Assembly: GCA_030141605.1 (NCBI GenBank)
Contig: JAQGDQ010000499.1
Coordinates: 98,671 to 162,670 of the forward strand
Source: Tubiluchus corallicola
Lineage: Eukaryota; Animalia; Priapulida
Reading direction: 5' to 3'
DNA length: 64,000 bases
Position 1 is the stretch's first letter; each line of letters opens with the position of its first letter. The notes under the pieces are model-generated. The model saw only the letters and a program-made list of their open reading frames with translations, searched no databases and had not been told where the DNA came from. Positions 13,598-27,600 of the stretch are shown here, piece after piece. A program made the translations under genes and the position numbers.

Positions 13598-14260
13598 GTA
13601 AGTAAATAAGCAATTTATTGTCATTAGAGCATCATACAATAATAATAATAATAATAATAATCTTTTATTTATCTTTTAACACACACAGTTACAATACAAT
13701 TAATTTAGCAACAAAAATGTGAAGAAAGGGCAGCGAAAGACCAATTGATCACCTAGTCAGCTGCCCTTTGGTTAGTGATGAACATTTTTTAAAGGCTCTA
13801 TGCTACAGTGTATTAGTGTTAGTACTGCTTATAATAAAAATGAAATTGTTAGGAATGACATAAAATTGATAATGATATGATCTTACAATAGATACATACA
13901 ATGTATACATACATTACAATAGATTACATACATACATACAATGAAATTTATGTGGTTTTACGTACTGCAATAACTTATAGAAACAACAAGGAGATTCACA
14001 CAAATAATTCAATCAGCTGTACTGTGACATAAATAATTAATATTGGAGATTTACTGAAATTTACTGTTGATGGTGCAAATTGCAACGGAATAGAAAGAAT
14101 TTAAAGTTCTTGTCGTTTTGGCATTAATTGAGTGGAATCTATGACCAGAGGGGAGCATTTCATAATATTTATTACCTGAATGGAATTCATCTTTCATGAT
14201 AACTTGTGCTCTCTTTGCTACTCTACTTTCATACAAATCTATGGTCGATTCGAATGTTTG
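13598..14260 (-). mobile_element. 5'-truncated Rex1/Babar-like LINE remnant, interrupted by another LINE-tail fragment (about 13640-13860)
   Basis: ORF 14051-14338 ends ...RAQVIMKDEFHSG...LPSGHRFHSINAKTTRTLNSFYSVAI, resembling the C-terminus of Rex1/Babar ORFs; ACAATAAA and (TTAC)n tail at about 13600-13625. Confidence 0.65.
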
Positions 14261-14491
14261 ATGGTCACCTCTACTCAATGGTAGTAAGTCATACTTTAGT
14301 ACAAAGTTTGCTTTGTTGATAAAAACAATGAGGTGCAAGATTTTTAAGAGACCTAAACAAGCACAAAAATGCCTCTCAAAGGAAGAAGTGGCTTCCGTTC
14401 ATCAGTATGTAGTAACAGTAGTTTGTTGTTAAGGAGTGTCTCATCAGTTTCGAGAATAAATTTAAATTTACTCACGGTAGCAAAACCAATA

Positions 14492-15059
14492 CAGTGTTCC
14501 CTCGCTACTTCGCGATTCGTTTATTGTGGCGGTATTTTCACTGTTTTGCGGGTTTTGCGGTACTCAAAATTACGTATCTAGGTTTAAGAGTTTAAAACAT
14601 TTTTATGAACATTTATGCAGTTTTTTAAAAGGTACATGTACAGTATGGGAAAAGTTATTAAGGGAATGGGAAAGGGTTACGTATAAGAGTATGGGGAGGG
14701 TTTATAAAGACTTAAAATTATGTATAACTAATAAAATAAGTAAAGTATACTCCGTCTAAAGTATTTTTGCACATGCGTAGTACGTATTGTACAGTAATGT
14801 ATAGATTTGATGAATTTTGCATAAAAAATCACAAAATGTATAAAAATACGTTAAAAATATTAATTCTGACATTAAAAGAATATTAGAAATCATAAAAAAT
14901 TACCATTTACAATATTTATTCGGCGGATGAATGAATACACACCAAAAACAAAATGTAGTACTTGCGCCCTAAAATAAGTATAGCGTCCCTACTTCGCGGA
15001 AATTCACTTATCGCAGGTGGGCCTGGAACAGAACACCCGCGATAAGTAAGGGAACACTG
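14492..15059. mobile_element. Tigger-like MITE (family A, copy 2); solo right TIR at about 15274-15288
   Basis: TA|CAGTGTTCCCTC...AAGGGAACACTG|TA; internal blocks shared with 3187-3847. Confidence 0.85.
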
Positions 15060-15073
15060 TAAATATATTAATA

Positions 15074-15119
<46 letters not shown>

Positions 15120-17699
15120 TATGTATATGTATATAATAGTAAGGTGCAACATAGCGTCTATTGCAATTAAGGTACCAAATAAGTACCTATAATGTTACCT
15201 TGCATTTCTTCAACTTTGCTTGTTTGTCACAATAATTGTTTCTACGAATACGAACAAGACCTGATCGGATAACTGAGGGAACACTGTATGGCAAAACTAA
15301 AAACTGCATTGAAAGTCCTTTAATGAACAAAGAGAACATGTAACCGCCTGTTAGTTACGCCACAATATTCCCATAGAAGAAAAAAATGTTAGACTCTAAC
15401 ATATGAGAGAAAAGCACATTGTTTGTATATTTTTAAATCTATTAACCAAACAAATATAGCAGGTATACTTTACCTGATTTTTTGCTTCAAAATAATATTT
15501 TCAAACCCGAAGTTCTGCTAAGCAGGTTCCTCTTTCTTGAAATTTTAGTACAGAAACGTTTTGCAATGGTACTACGTGGCACAACTTACTGTGACATTTA
15601 GTTAAACTAATGTAACATTTGACAGGTACCTACCGTTTCAACAATGAAGTAATTAGCTAGCGAGTTTTCAACTTTCTAGAAGCTACTATGGTACGTGTTA
15701 CTTAGGAATGCTGTCCAACCAGAGCTAACAGCAACACACGAGGCATTAACTTCCTAGAGTGTAAAATTATTGTCACTACTCGAGGCGTTTTTAATCAATG
15801 AGATGCCCTCTGGCGAAATGTCGTAATGCAGGAAGTGAATACAAGCACGGGGTCAACTTTCCACAACAATAAATCAAACACACAATGCCTACTTTAAAAT
15901 CAAAGCAATGTTTCTAAATGGATAAAATTTGTTCAAGAACGTCAAAGTCTAATAAAAGATTTGATTTCAGTTGCACTGATTTTGACGTTATCAGAAATCA
16001 ACCACACTGCGACGGCATTTGGTTCGGGGCAAAATTAGAGAAAGAAGGAATTACAGTATTTAAAGTTTCATGTCATGAAGAAGTCACTATGCTTTTTGAT
16101 GTTTCTTTTAATAAGGAAAACTTTCTTTTTCTTTTCAGATGTCAAACTCTGAGCAAAAGACATAAGACAAACAATATTAAAAACATTTTTTAAAACTACA
16201 CATGTTCTTTAGAATATATTTCATGGGATAGCTAACATGGTATCAAAAAAGTTGAGTGAACTAGAGTTTTACTACTAATAGCTGTCAATAATTGAGTGCT
16301 TGCAATCCAAAACCGTCCATAAGTCGGCATGGTTAAAACTACGTTATGATGCTTCAAAGTAGAATGACACAAAAATTTAGTCTAATGTTAATTATTCGTC
16401 TTCTATAAAAACAAATGCTAAATATATTGCACTTTTATATTCTAGCATCACATTATCAAAAAAAATATCCAAAAAATAAAAAAAAATAATTTTATAACCA
16501 TGTGCCCATTTTTCTGCCTGGAAGCTAGTACTGCAATTGTAAAAAAAACTTCAGTGAGAACAACAGAAGTATGTAATCTGCTCTTACTGAATTTTTCTAG
16601 GGTCATGAAGTTTTTAGTTATTACAAAATTCAACCACATTCATGCTTCTCTTTTACCATGGGACTAAGTCGCATTATACTGATTATGTAAACCACCACCA
16701 GCAGCCAAACTATTCAAATTTTTAGCGATAAAGCAAATATGAAAGCAAAACCATCTGAACAGTAAGCCTACGCAATTTTCCACAATTTGGTAACTGACTG
16801 AAGACAATTTTTGACGACTTCAAATTTAAAATTTAATTTTTTTCAACACCAAGGCTAACACCATTTTTTTGGTATTACCACCTAAACTAAGTATAAATTT
16901 GTAGTAAAAATGTTGTGAATTTTTTAACATTTGGTGGAGACGACAGATGTGACTTGTTTTCGCAAGGTCTGCCATAACTTCTCCAAGGCACAGCTATAAT
17001 TTTGTCAATTAATTTTTATGTGGCAATTCGAAGTTTCGTCAACAACTGTTTCCACACTAGTTAAGAATCTAAACATGAATTTATTGTACGAATGGACAGA
17101 AATTTGTCAAATATGGCCAACGTATACAATTTGTAAAAAGCAGGATATGGGGAGACAACTCGACCTCAAGAGTAAACAGTAAACGTGTACATATTTTAAA
17201 GATGTTTTGCTGAATATTCTACAGAATTGTGTTGCAAGAATAATTGTCTGCTGCCAGTTGTCTTCCATTTTGCCAGGCATTAGGTATACGCCTTAAAATC
17301 TATGCTAGAACGGAGGAAAGTGTATCAGAAGATCAGATTAAGATAGACAGACCAAGTAAGACAGTTACTGTGTTAATACAGTAAAAAGCACAAGTTCAGA
17401 AACTTGAGTAACGAGTATAATATTACAACTAAACATTATTAGCACTTTCATCAAATTATTATGACTTTATTGCGCATTCAATTAAATTTTGAAACGCCTT
17501 ACCAAAAATAAATTAAACACAGTAAACACTGACTAAACTAAACGGGAAAATAATAAACACAAGTAAAATACACGTCAGCACCACACTGCGAGCAAGAAGC
17601 GCGAACTTTTTTTACCACCTTAGAGTACTTTGGTCGGGCGTAATTTATAAATGATACAGTAATTTCATTACATAGTTTATGATTATAATTTTTACGAAC

Positions 17700-17735
<36 letters not shown>

Positions 17736-18866
17736 TAAAATTCTTTGATCCTGCTAATAAGCCTGCGAGACGAGTCACAGTGCATGCCAGAATTTCGATT
17801 AGTGCATCATCGGTTTATAGTAACAGGAAGCTGAGGCATTGATGCAAAATTGTAAGCACCTGCAAACATCCGCTGTAAAATTATTTCTATTTTTTCCACT
17901 TGTTATTTTATTTTACCCCAACATAGTTAATGTGGCTGGTAAACTCTGTCTTTATCCAATATGCTAAAATGCACTGAGCTAAGTTAAGAAAAGTTAAACA
18001 ATTGGTAGGAAATTGTTTCCTTTTGTTAAAGAAGTGACTGTGTGTCATACACATTACACGACAGATAATTAAAATATATTGAACGAGGGACTCGCTTAAT
18101 TTGGACTCGCTTAACATGTAAGTCCATTATCAGAGAAAGTGGTTGGTTTTTTTCTACCACTTAACTTATTGTGACAGCTGTAGGATTAGATAAATAGAAA
18201 TTATAATTGTATTTGGTCCTCGCCGAGATGAGAAATACTGTTTCTAATAGGACAATAAGGAAAAATACCGAGTAAGTGCCCAGAACAGCACGTAATACCA
18301 CAGATAGGAAAGGTTCTATTCAAATCATTTTATTTCAGCTCACGGGTGATACAAAAGACTCGGGGTGGTAAATCATACGCATTCTCATAACTGCTGGACT
18401 TTGTCTTGATGACGTCAAATTTAAATGGCGGAGTTTTTGAACACGGCTTGTAAACGCATGTAACGCACTAACACATGTACCGCAGTTGCACCACTCGGTA
18501 TTTTTAAAAGTTCTGCGAAAGTTTCTTTATTTTGCTGCTTGATTTGCCTGACTTCTGATATACCAGATCTAAAACACCTGTTGATATGAGAAAATGTACT
18601 TTATGTAAGAATGGGAGCACGAAAGAAGAGTAATCAGTACAATGTTTACTGTCAAGAAAGGACTGCTTCTTAAATTAAATATCAGATATCTTGCCAGAAT
18701 TTTCACCCATGTGTGATGTTAATAAATTCATACTTTTAAACAAAAGTGGAGATACGGAAGTTGAGAAATATTTTTGATTAACTATGTGTATAAAATTTCA
18801 TAAATACGTGATTCTAAATTAAGAGGTGCGAATTAATTTTGCTAAGAATCAAGGTATTCATTCAGC

Positions 18867-19022
<156 letters not shown>

Positions 19023-19064
19023 AGACAATGCTAAAAAAAACACACAGACAGGCGCCTCACATAT

Positions 19065-19290
19065 GGGTTAGATGGCCGAGTGGTTTAGATTTCGGACTGC
19101 AACCATGCAGTCTTGAGTTCGATACCAGCTGCTGCCAACGCCAGGAGATATACTCTACATGTTATCTGCTATTTGTGTGTTGCGTCATTACCTGAATTGT
19201 TGTAATTGTAAATAACAGTTAGTGCTGATGTTGTGTGATAAATAAACGACGGTAAATAAATCTTGTCCTATCTTGTCCTTGTCCTTGTGG
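19065..19290 (+). mobile_element. tRNA-derived SINE (Cys-like head); related head at about 60344-60412 on the minus strand
   Basis: A box TGGCCGAGTGG, GACTGCA loop, B box GAGTTCGATAC; acceptor stem does not pair well; (TCTTG/TCC)-repeat tail. Confidence 0.6.
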
Positions 19291-19491
19291 TTTATATGCT
19301 TTTTAGAAACACCAAATAGGAATAAATATTTCAAAACTGTTCTAACTTGTTCAATGTTATAAGTGTCAATGTGATAAATCCATTTTGACTGGTAACCAGT
19401 TTGTTAGAAAACGTATCAGTACCAAACATCATAAATACAAGAATAAACACCATTATCATATAAATTAAACGAAAGCATTCATAAGGAAAAG

Positions 19492-20718
19492 TTAACCCAT
19501 TCTTTCACGAATTCCTCGGATTAAAAAATCCACTACCAACACACACTGATCTAAGTCACGCACTGACAGTTTTTCTTTTGGCGTGCCTGGATTACTCCGA
19601 AGATATTCAAGTTTTTTCAACACTGAGTTCTTTGTATCATCTATGTCAAGTTTCATAAACATGTCGAAGATTTGCATGTATAACCAGCGACAAGCAAAAT
19701 GATTGCCAGCATAGTCTGTTAAATGATACACTGGTTTCCTATGAAAAGCGGCCCCTGCTCCATGGAAAATGCCAATTCCGTGAGTCTTAACGTCCTCACA
19801 AAAACCTAGCGTCACATACGTCCAGATAAGATTCCATCCACCTGGAAGAAAGTACAATTTCTCGGGGTTTTCTTCAAAGTACACAGCACAGCTATTTTGA
19901 TCAACTAAGCAGAAGCGAAACGTTTTTCCTTTACCACAGTCACTCTTGTACGTTTTTACGATTTTCATTATTTCGTCTTGCCAATTGGAACTGCGAATTT
20001 TCTTCAAATCCATCAAAACTACACCAGTGTTCACACCCATCCGCCATTCTTTAATCAGCGATGGTGGATCAGTTGTGACATTAAGCGTTTTAGCTGTCTG
20101 AAGCTGTTTGGACCTGTTAAGCAAATAATTCCAATGGTTGCCTGGAAAGTCGAAAGCAAGAGCCATCATTTGGTCGTTTGTCATGTTCTCAAAATGAAGC
20201 CAAAGATCTTCGAGTGGCTTGGTAAAAATTACATCCGTGTCTAGCTTGAGAACTTGGCTGACGTTTGGCAAGATTTCGTGCAGAAACATCCAGGCTGTGC
20301 TTCCAAACTTCCCCCTAGAGAGCCAATTCTCTCCTGTCGGATACCACGGTTTGTGGAAGGTCACATCAAAGGATCTCACTTTTTTCCAGAATTCAAATAT
20401 TGAAGACAATTTCTCCCGCATATAAACGTTATCAACGATGACGTGAACATGAATAAACCTTGATGTCATCATGAGGGCAGATTTCAAAAGCACTTCCGCT
20501 TCTAGGATTAATTTCTGCTTCTTTCCACACGCGGTAAAGGCAACATGGATTGTTGTGTTCTTTTGCTGAACTGAACTCAAGGTTTCACCTTTTGCAGAAT
20601 TCACTGTTAGATATATTTTAGTGTGAAACACGTAAGTGAGAGAAAAAAGAACACCAAGCAAAAACGCAATAATTCCCACATAACGGTAATTTCTCGATCT
20701 AATTGCGTTTTTGAACAT
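19492..20718 (-). CDS. GXYLT: Glucoside xylosyltransferase-like GT8 glycosyltransferase, type II membrane protein, intronless CDS (408 aa)
   Basis: N-terminal TM (YVGIIAFLLGVLFSLTYVF), ACG...LLKSAL, DxD motif LDTDV, LW.HF..M, GVNTGVVLMDL..IR, DQ and HG motifs as in GXYLT1/2 and shams. Exact orthology not established. Confidence 0.85.
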   Translation of the reverse strand: MFKNAIRSRNYRYVGIIAFLLGVLFSLTYVFHTKIYLTVNSAKGETLSSVQQKNTTIHVAFTACGKKQKLILEAEVLLKSALMMTSRFIHVHVIVDNVYMREKLSSIFEFWKKVRSFDVTFHKPWYPTGENWLSRGKFGSTAWMFLHEILPNVSQVLKLDTDVIFTKPLEDLWLHFENMTNDQMMALAFDFPGNHWNYLLNRSKQLQTAKTLNVTTDPPSLIKEWRMGVNTGVVLMDLKKIRSSNWQDEIMKIVKTYKSDCGKGKTFRFCLVDQNSCAVYFEENPEKLYFLPGGWNLIWTYVTLGFCEDVKTHGIGIFHGAGAAFHRKPVYHLTDYAGNHFACRWLYMQIFDMFMKLDIDDTKNSVLKKLEYLRSNPGTPKEKLSVRDLDQCVLVVDFLIRGIRERMG

Positions 20719-22532
20719 TTTGTATTATGGCTTCCGTGCGAGCAGTGGTATTTACTAAGTTGCGATGAAAAGCACACAGGACATTGTCCACAAAGTTATC
20801 TTCGCCACGCTACTAGGCCCATTGTGGTTTTCACTCGCGTCTGTGACCATATCATAAATCAGATAAGAATAAAATAAGTTCAGCTGTTTTCCTATTCAGT
20901 CTTTGAACGAGTTATGCTCACATATAGATACAAACTTTGCCTAGTGACTTGTACAGCAACTTCACAGAGCAGCGAACATTGTTCTGCCCCAAGGCAGCGC
21001 TCGCATACTGTATTCTTGACTAATTCTTTCCTGCTGCTACAATCTGAGTAAATCTGCGTAGAGGTGGTCAGGCTATAATTTTTGCATGCAGGTTAACTTT
21101 GAATCATTTATACCTGCTAACTTGGGTTTCAATCTGTAGTTATAAATTTCATCGTCATAGCATTATATCCACATATATGGAATCAACGTAATGTTACTGC
21201 ATTGTGCCTGCGTTATTAATTATAATGATGATCTGTGCTGTACAAGTATTTATTTAATTTAATTAAGTAACATATTTTATTCACAGCTGAACGTTTTAAT
21301 CACTAACTTATGGACGTAAGCGTTGTGCATTTCTTCCTATAAAAATCAAACCAGACTGTATATTCCTACTAATTCACATAGTACAACTTGTGTTTTACCA
21401 TTTCTGCCAAAAGTGTTCTACTGTCCACGAATGACAGCTCCGTATAGTATGTATTCTTGTCAATCTCGTACTCCGCTCGTACCTTTCTGAGCATTTATGA
21501 AGCAGTTCTAAAGGTAAGTGCTAAGACACTGATAAATCAAGTAGAATACAGATGAGTCTCGTTTTATATCACATAAACTTTGTTTTCTGAATCAGTTGTG
21601 ATACCATACCTTGCTCTCTCTCTTTCTCTCTGTCAAGTCTCATGCTTATAATGTGATCTGTAAAAACCAACTGCCCAGGTAAAGTTTTCCATGAAGTAAA
21701 AGGAAGCCAGCAATTCAATGAAGGTAAATGTTATGCATACTAGTTCAAGGATGAAAGTTTGGACTGTATGCAGAGAAATAAACTTATTTTAATGCTGAAA
21801 TTTCTTGTCTGTGATTTTAATTTAATATTTTAACAAAAGAATGTAATAATATGGCTATTGATAATAATTGCAAATTAATAAAAATAAAATCAAGAAATCA
21901 TGAGCTGCATTGTGGAATTTTTTATTTAATTTTTTTCGTTTTATTTGTCGGAAAGTTGCCTTCGGCTAATGTTATCTTTGAAATATATCGACAATAAATA
22001 AGATTTTACTAATACGCATAGCAATACACAACTGCAGCTAACGTCCAGAAAGAACGGCGACACGCATGTTTTGGATGTGTGTGAAAAATCTCGCACGCCG
22101 ATTGGGCAGTCAGCAGAGTTTGAGCGAGCACGATGTTCTGACGTCAGCTAGCGTGGCAAAGTAATTTTTGTGTGACACTGCGTCGCTAATTGACAAGGTA
22201 ACAACAATTCATTTCAATTTACATTTATCTGCACAAATGCAGCGAGGTATCATGAGAAAAACAGGAGTTATTATAAGCATAGAAAAATATAGGAAAATAA
22301 TATAGGCACCGTCTAGCTACCAAATAAAAAAACTGGTTAAATCAGAAATATTAAGAACTAATAGAAACTTAAACACGTTTTATTACTAATCGTGTAAATA
22401 ATCTGGCTGATAACATTTGTTTTCCATGAAACACTTACGTAAAGTATATTAGAAATAAAATGATGTTGTTCATAATAATAAGAAGTAATAAAATTACGTA
22501 ATCAAAAGAGTTATACATGATCACAGCGCACT

Positions 22533-22722
<190 letters not shown>

Positions 22723-23757
22723 ATATCTACCGGCTTGTCACTGTTGAAAAACGGATGAGCTGACAATTCAATTACCGTCCCTATATTTATATCTCTATGC
22801 GTACGCCAGTTTCCAACAACAGTTAAGTGATTGTAACACTAATGCTGCCACCTACTGACAGAATAAATGAATAACTCCCGACCCAGTTTATGTTGAAATA
22901 TTCTCACAATTGTTCGGGGTGTGCTGGTCAAGGACAAGAAAAGTGGTACCTGAAGTAGGTTTCAGGAAAAAAGCCTTAAAAATTATATTACTTTATAGCA
23001 ATTTTATGCGTATATCGTACTCGCGTTGAAAGGAATTTTTGTTTGTTTTCATTTTAACAATACTGTTCCGAAGTTGTCATTACATGACGTCACTATGCAA
23101 ACGTAACTTAGGGGAAGAAAAGGCAATGTTAGATTATGTCCCAAAACAATTTCTATGTAAATCTATATTACTTAGCATTTCGCTTACCTGCTGGAAAAAT
23201 TTATGTAACTAGGAAAAGAGATTTTTAATAATCTAAAATGTTTTCACCAATTGGTGAAATGTGGCTGACTCACCCTCCAGGGTGCGCCACTCACTAACCA
23301 AAAACGTATTTTTAATCTTATTGACAAGACACAGTAATTTTAAATTCTATTTAGTTAGTGACATGCGTGCTACGAATGCTCTGATTATTTTTTAAGTTTA
23401 CACAATGTTATCTAAACTTGTTTCAAACAACCTTTCATCAAAATGGCTGCGTTTTTCGGTCATGGCGGGAGTTTAAATTTACATGTTTTATACAGCATGA
23501 CTGCTGATTGAAGTCCTGCATGCAAAAAGGTAGTATGTAAGTGGTATAAAATTTCAAGACGAATTTTTTAAACTTTATGTTTGTGAAGGGTTTTCTTGTG
23601 CTTTAACAATCTTTGCTTGACATCCTAGATAAGTTTTATTGCATCGGACACGACAAAGACAAGAGTGAAAAAACAACCTCGCTACAAATGGCTACAGAAT
23701 TTGGACAGACCACACACGCGCACGCACACACGCAATCACGCACGCACGCGCGCGCGC

Positions 23758-23794
<37 letters not shown>

Positions 23795-23940
23795 GATAGC
23801 TACCATTTCTAGCATCGCAAACGGGTAAAAAAGCTAGACAACATTAGTGGACTTTTTACACGCATATCACTCGCTACAAATGATTAGAAATGGAGGATTT
23901 TCTTGTGTTTTAAATGTGTTAACCTAGCAGATATCAATCG

Positions 23941-24031
23941 TCAACCAATCAGTATCCTCTTCCACAAAAATCAACCAATCAGCTTTAGCTAGATGATGAC
24001 GTGCGCTGGAAAACCCCAATCATCTATATAA
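23941..24031 (+). promoter_or_regulatory. Putative core promoter of the ETS gene (three CCAAT boxes, CRE-like site, TATA)
   Basis: TCAACCAATCAG at 23941 and 23971 (30-bp spacing), ATGACGTG at about 23996, CCAATCA at 24016, TATATAA 24025-24031; candidate non-coding exon donor GAG|GTAACT at 24153. Confidence 0.6.
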
Positions 24032-24395
24032 CATTGGGTACACAGGTAGAAAGCGCGATTCCCCACACTCAGGTAGTATAAACATAGCTTACATAGCTCA
24101 AATAACCTTATTTACCAAACCGATCATATCGTATATTACTCGCGTTACTGAGGTAACTTTCTATTTTTATCTCCAAGCTATTTGCATAATCGTAGCTACA
24201 CAAGAGTCACAGTAGGAAAAAGCCCAGTATGAATATTGTAGTAGAATAATCAGGTTTAGAAAAGAAGTGTTTCAGCGCATCCTCTTGTCAGTTACAAAAC
24301 GACTTCAACTGCAAAACACAGTAGAGATAAATATTGAAATTTTTTGTGGCATAACTATTTAGGCTTCTAGTGAAATCGAATTGCGCTGTTGCAAA

Positions 24396-24651
24396 ATGAA
24401 GGTGAAGGTGAGTTTTGTTGTTGTCGTCGTTGTTGTTGTTGTTGTTGTTGCTGCTGCTGCTGCTGCTGTTGTTGTTGTTGTTGTTGTTGTTGCTGCTGCT
24501 GCTGCTGTTGTTGTTGTTGTTGTTGTTGCTGCTGCAGCTGTTGCTGATGATGATGATGCTGTTATTTGCTGTTGTTGTTGTTGTTGCTTCTGTTGCGCCT
24601 GCTGTTGTTATCGTTGTTGCTGCTGCTGTTGCTGATGATGATGTTATTTGC

Positions 24652-24697
<46 letters not shown>

Positions 24698-27600
24698 GCT
24701 GCTGCTGCTGTTGCTGATGATGATGATGCTGTTATTTGCTGTTTTTGTTGTTTTTGTTGTTGTTGTTGTTGTTGCTGTTGCTGTTATTTGCTGTTGTTGT
24801 TGTTGTTGTTGTTGTTGCTCCTGCTGTTGTTGTTGTTGTTGTTGTCGCTCGTGCTGTTGCTGTTGCTGTTGTTGCTGTTGTTGTTGCTGCTGTTGCTGTT
24901 GCTGCTGCTGCTTTTTCTTCTTCTTCTTCTTCTTCTTTTTCTTCTTCTTCTGCTGCTGTGGTTTTTGTCCATGTTGTTTTTTATGTTTATGATGATGTCG
25001 GCATAATCACGTTTGTTACAGTTGCTCTTACTATTCAATTTGAAGAACCACGAAATTTGGACAACAGCGAACCTGACGTAGTCACTCGCGAAATCTTATA
25101 ACTTTTTCTGTGCAAACTACGTCGTAGTGGTATTTGATAAGTTATCAAGATTATTATTAATTATTACTAGTAAGTAATAGTAGGAGGAATAGTAAACATT
25201 CGTGTACGGTGAATGCAAATGCAATTACCTAGATTGCTCTCTTGCTCTCAGCTTCCTGCTCAGATTCTTTCAGATGCTATATGGAAAATCGAGTGTTTGT
25301 TTTGGGTTATTATTGACTGACATACTTCTCGCAATGACGTCATGTTTTTGTGTGAATCAGGAATCATATGTGACGCTAGGTGGCGAATTTCAGGCCTCTA
25401 ATTAACAGTCTTTCTACAGGTGTCCAAGTTTGAAAACCAAACTACAGCCAAATATGGTTGTTACGCAATATCGACGCTTTGGCCAAATATGGAAACTTTA
25501 GTAAAACAGGTAAGTATGTTTGCATGTTTGAACTTTTTAATGTTAACTATAAATATGTCGGTCGTTTTTGTTGTTAGTCATAGTATGCATGAGACTAAAT
25601 GATATTCGGCAGGTCAATAAATGTATGAATAAATAGAAAATGTTGATGATGACGTCCTTAAAATTGCTGATACTTTAAAATTCACGTATAAACTCATAAT
25701 TATTGTCAACCATTAGGATTATTCATTTATGGTGTTATTTTTAGATGTATTGTTTGTCTGTAAAATTTATGATGATGCTAAACCAACCAATTATATTTAT
25801 TGTCTTTGTATATTTCGTCGTATTGTATTGTGTTGCGTTGCGTTGCCTTGCATTGTATTGTTTTGTCTTGTGTTGCATTACATTGTATCGTATTGTGTTG
25901 TATTGTATTGCTTTCCATCGCATCGCATCGCATCGTATCGTATCGTGTTGTGTTGTCTTGTATTGTATTTTGTTGTATTGTATTGCATTGCATTGTATTG
26001 TATTGTATTGTATTGTATTGTATTGTATTGTATTGTATTGTATTGTATTGTATTGTATTGTATTGTATTGTATTGTATTGTATTGTATTGTATTGCATTG
26101 TATTGTATTGTATTGTATTGTATTGTATTGTGTTGTATTGTATTGTATTGTATTGTATTGTATTGTATTGTATGGCGTCGTGTCGTGTCGTCTTGTATTG
26201 TATTGCATTGCATTGCGTTGCGTTGCGTTGCGTTGCATTGCATTGCATTGTATTGTATTGTTTTGCATTGTGTTGTATTGTGTTATTGTGTTGTGTTGTG
26301 TTGGTTGTGTTTTGTTGAATTGCTTTTTATTGCTTTGATTGCATTGTATTGTGTTTTATTTTGTTATATAATCTGTATTAATGTAAGTGTTGCATCGAGT
26401 TTGTTAAGATTTTTTAACTTTTTTCAAGAAAGATTACAAAACTTTGATATTCTGTGCACATTTTTAGCAAACAACAATACAAATTACATTTTATATCAAT
26501 TGTTATTTTAGGACAATACTTCACAGGAGATGTTTCTCACTTGCGATGCTGAGGAACTCCTTGCTGCTCTGATTCGATATGGAGACGATGAGTTTGCAGA
26601 CAATCAAGAGTTGGAGGAGGAAAGTTCCACAGTTTCCTGTAAGTTGTGAAATTAGCGATCTACGCTTACCTGCCTGAAAAACTTATGTAATTGGAAAAGA
26701 AAATTCTTAATAATTTAAAATGCTCGCGCTAACTGGTAAAATGTCGCTGACTCGCCTTCCCAATGTGCACCACTGATTCACCAAAAACGTAATCTTATTG
26801 ATCAGATGCAGTAATTTATATTTTTGCTTAGTTAGGGAAATGTGCGTTACGAATGCTCTGATTATTTATTTCAAATTTTACGCAATATTATCTAAACTTA
26901 TTTCAAACAATTTATCGTCAAAATGGCTGCATCTAACTTTCATCGCGGGAGTTTAAATGTACATGTTTTACACATAGTTACTGCCGATGCAAGTCCTGCA
27001 TGCAAAAAGGCAGTATGTAAGTGGTATCTTTACCATTGTACCTAGTGATCATCGCAGGAGTTTAAATTTTCAAGTTTTATAAGGCGTTACTGCTAATAAG
27101 CCCTATGTGCAATAAGACAGCATATAAATGATATAAAATTTCAAGACGAGTTGTTTATGTTTTATTTGTGCAGAACTACAGCAGCTTTCAGGAGCTTTAA
27201 GTAATTAAACCCCTGATTTAATCCGTTCCTGTACTGACCGCAACATTCATAATGCTAGACAATTGTTCAGCAACAAGCAGTTCAAAAATGTATCACTTCT
27301 GTCACTATCGTCGTTGCCATTGTCGCCATTGTCGTCACTGTTGTCGTCATCGTTATGTTACCATCAATGTCCTCGTCATAACATCATTACCAACAACACA
27401 ATTGTGTCATGATTATTGGCTTTTTCGTTGAAAACATAATATTCGTTGAAATCATGAATATTATTACCATCATCGTCGTCGCCGTCGTCATCATCATTGT
27501 CATCACCGACACTATCATCTCTCGCGATGGCCATCGTCATCATCGTTGTCGTCATTATGTGGTTCAACTTCAATTCAATTCAATTCAATTTTAATTTATT

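Noticed and set aside
19065-19137. Functional tRNA genes (also 40748, 51900, 60344)
   Set aside because: A and B boxes are present, but acceptor and anticodon stems do not pair and the sequences run into repeat bodies.
24381-26511. Poly-Leu/Val/Cys and (CIVLY)n ORFs
   Set aside because: Translations of microsatellites.
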